The notes below the pieces were generated by a model. The model was given only the letters and a program-made list of their open reading frames with translations, was not told where the DNA came from and did no database searches. Made by a program: the position numbers and the translations under genes. 32,000 nt of DNA from Firmicutes bacterium UBA1393. GTDB taxonomy: Bacteria; Bacillota; DTU025. The stretch's first letter is position 1; each line of letters begins with the position of its first letter. The stretch lies in the NCBI GenBank assembly GCA_002305255.1, contig DBQN01000065.1, positions 2,529 through 34,528 of the forward strand. The letters are read 5' to 3'. Shown here in pieces: positions 31,143 to 32,000 of the stretch.

Positions 31143-32000
31143 TTACCCGCCTTGAGATGATGATACGCGCACCAGCGCCACGCCCCGGTAGTAATGGGTG
31201 AGGATTTGATGGAAGGACCAGCCCCTGATGGCATACGCGCGGGCGCCCCACTGGCACATGCCCACGCCATGACCGTACCCGATGGTAGAGAAGTTGACTA
31301 GGTCGCCTCCGCTTGACACTGACATAGCAGTCGACCTGAGGGAGAGAGCCTTCCTGATATCCGTGGCGTTGACGTTTGTTCCGAACACCGACAGAGTCTT
31401 GGCCCTGTTTGTTGTGGTTGTCGAAGACACACGCACACCCTGCGCCAGTGCCGGTACAGCACCGCCGCTCCAGTAGGAACTGAGGGCGGCGATGAGATCA
31501 GACTGACGCACGGAGCGCTGCTCAACCTGAGCATAACCATGCTCAGCACAGACGCAGGCAGTCGGAACAAGGTATGGCACGCTTCGGCCCCATACCGCCG
31601 CCGCGTCTTCAGTGGCCCCACCGCAGCACGCGTGATATACCGCATCAATGAGCTTGCCTCCGTAATGGAGCACCATTCCGTGGGTCGCCGCTACCGCCTG
31701 TACGACTCTGACGATGTTTCGCACGTAGTCTGTGCTGCCCCATTTGCGCACCAGGTCATCGCGGGAACTCCATGCCTGGCAGCAGCCTGGATCAGAGCAC
31801 ATCAGCGCACCCATGTGGCCTGGCTTCGCCGGAGCCCCCGGGGTCTTCTGATCTTCCTCCAGCTTGCGCATGGTGTATGTGCGAGCCGCCACTGCCTGTG
31901 CTTTCAGTGCCTCCGGTTCGAAGGACGCCGGCATCTCTGACGCAACTACTCCGACAAGGTAATCCTCAAGAGCCATGGTCAGCACCCGGCCCGTGGTCTT
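31143..32000 (-). CDS. spoIID: Stage II sporulation protein D (SpoIID lytic transglycosylase family), 5'-partial at window edge
   Basis: 'LEDYLVGVVASEMPASFEPEALKAQAVAARTY', 'CSDPGCCQAW', 'VLHYGGKLIDAVYHACCGGATEDAAAVWG..VPYL' and 'GYGHGVGMCQWGA' are SpoIID-domain hallmarks. The frame stays open upstream to position 32000 ('KTTGRVLTMALEDY'), so the N-terminus lies outside the window. Confidence 0.9.
   Translation of the reverse strand, partial: KTTGRVLTMALEDYLVGVVASEMPASFEPEALKAQAVAARTYTMRKLEEDQKTPGAPAKPGHMGALMCSDPGCCQAWSSRDDLVRKWGSTDYVRNIVRVVQAVAATHGMVLHYGGKLIDAVYHACCGGATEDAAAVWGRSVPYLVPTACVCAEHGYAQVEQRSVRQSDLIAALSSYWSGGAVPALAQGVRVSSTTTTNRAKTLSVFGTNVNATDIRKALSLRSTAMSVSSGGDLVNFSTIGYGHGVGMCQWGARAYAIRGWSFHQILTHYYRGVALVRVSSSQGG

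Noticed and set aside
1-32000. Scan for CRISPR arrays, tRNA/rRNA genes, transposases, integrases, phage or defence-system genes, and terminal inverted repeats
   Set aside because: I found no regularly spaced direct repeats and no cloverleaf-like or rRNA-like segments. No ORF has recombinase, transposase or nuclease-defence motifs. The only repeats seen are intragenic (coiled-coil units, the (PPT)3 linker) or short regulatory hairpins. This is a by-eye scan, so short or degenerate elements could have been missed.

Overview
GC-rich 32-kb window in which every gene I can support (about 22 CDSs) lies on the minus strand, mostly with short gaps. In transcription order (32000 -> 1), a Clostridia-type sporulation block comes first: spoIID (5' end cut by the window edge), a SpoIIQ-like degenerate LytM protein, spoIIID, a degenerate MreB/Mbl paralogue and an S55 'SpoIVB-type' peptidase-domain protein. 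It runs without a strand change into an outer-membrane (OM) biogenesis block: tamB-like, bamA, skp/ompH, one 1101-codon ORF joining an LptF/G permease to an LptD-like protein, lptC, lptA, an unusual ABC pair, an LpxB-like protein, lptB, a DUF3084-like coiled-coil membrane protein, a 1311-aa SLH + coiled-coil + beta-barrel OmpM/SlpA-like tether, a YqgF-like nuclease and two uncharacterised envelope proteins. Housekeeping metK and recD2 follow. Sporulation genes plus LPS/OM machinery plus an SLH-anchored barrel in GC-rich DNA fits a diderm member of the endospore-forming Firmicutes (Limnochordia-like), but taxonomy cannot be proven from this window. I recognised no rRNA, tRNA, CRISPR array, transposase or integrase. 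The four most noteworthy observations are: (i) the in-frame LptF/G-LptD fusion with an internal signal-peptide-like segment; (ii) an ABC pair made of a HisP/GlnQ-class ATPase and a permease with one N-terminal TM, a ~570-aa ectodomain, three TMs and an EAA loop just before the stop; (iii) the giant repeat-containing coiled-coil tether; (iv) two 'promoter inside a hairpin loop' arrangements whose downstream arm contains the Shine-Dalgarno (SD). All family calls come from motif recognition by eye. No searches or structure predictions were run.
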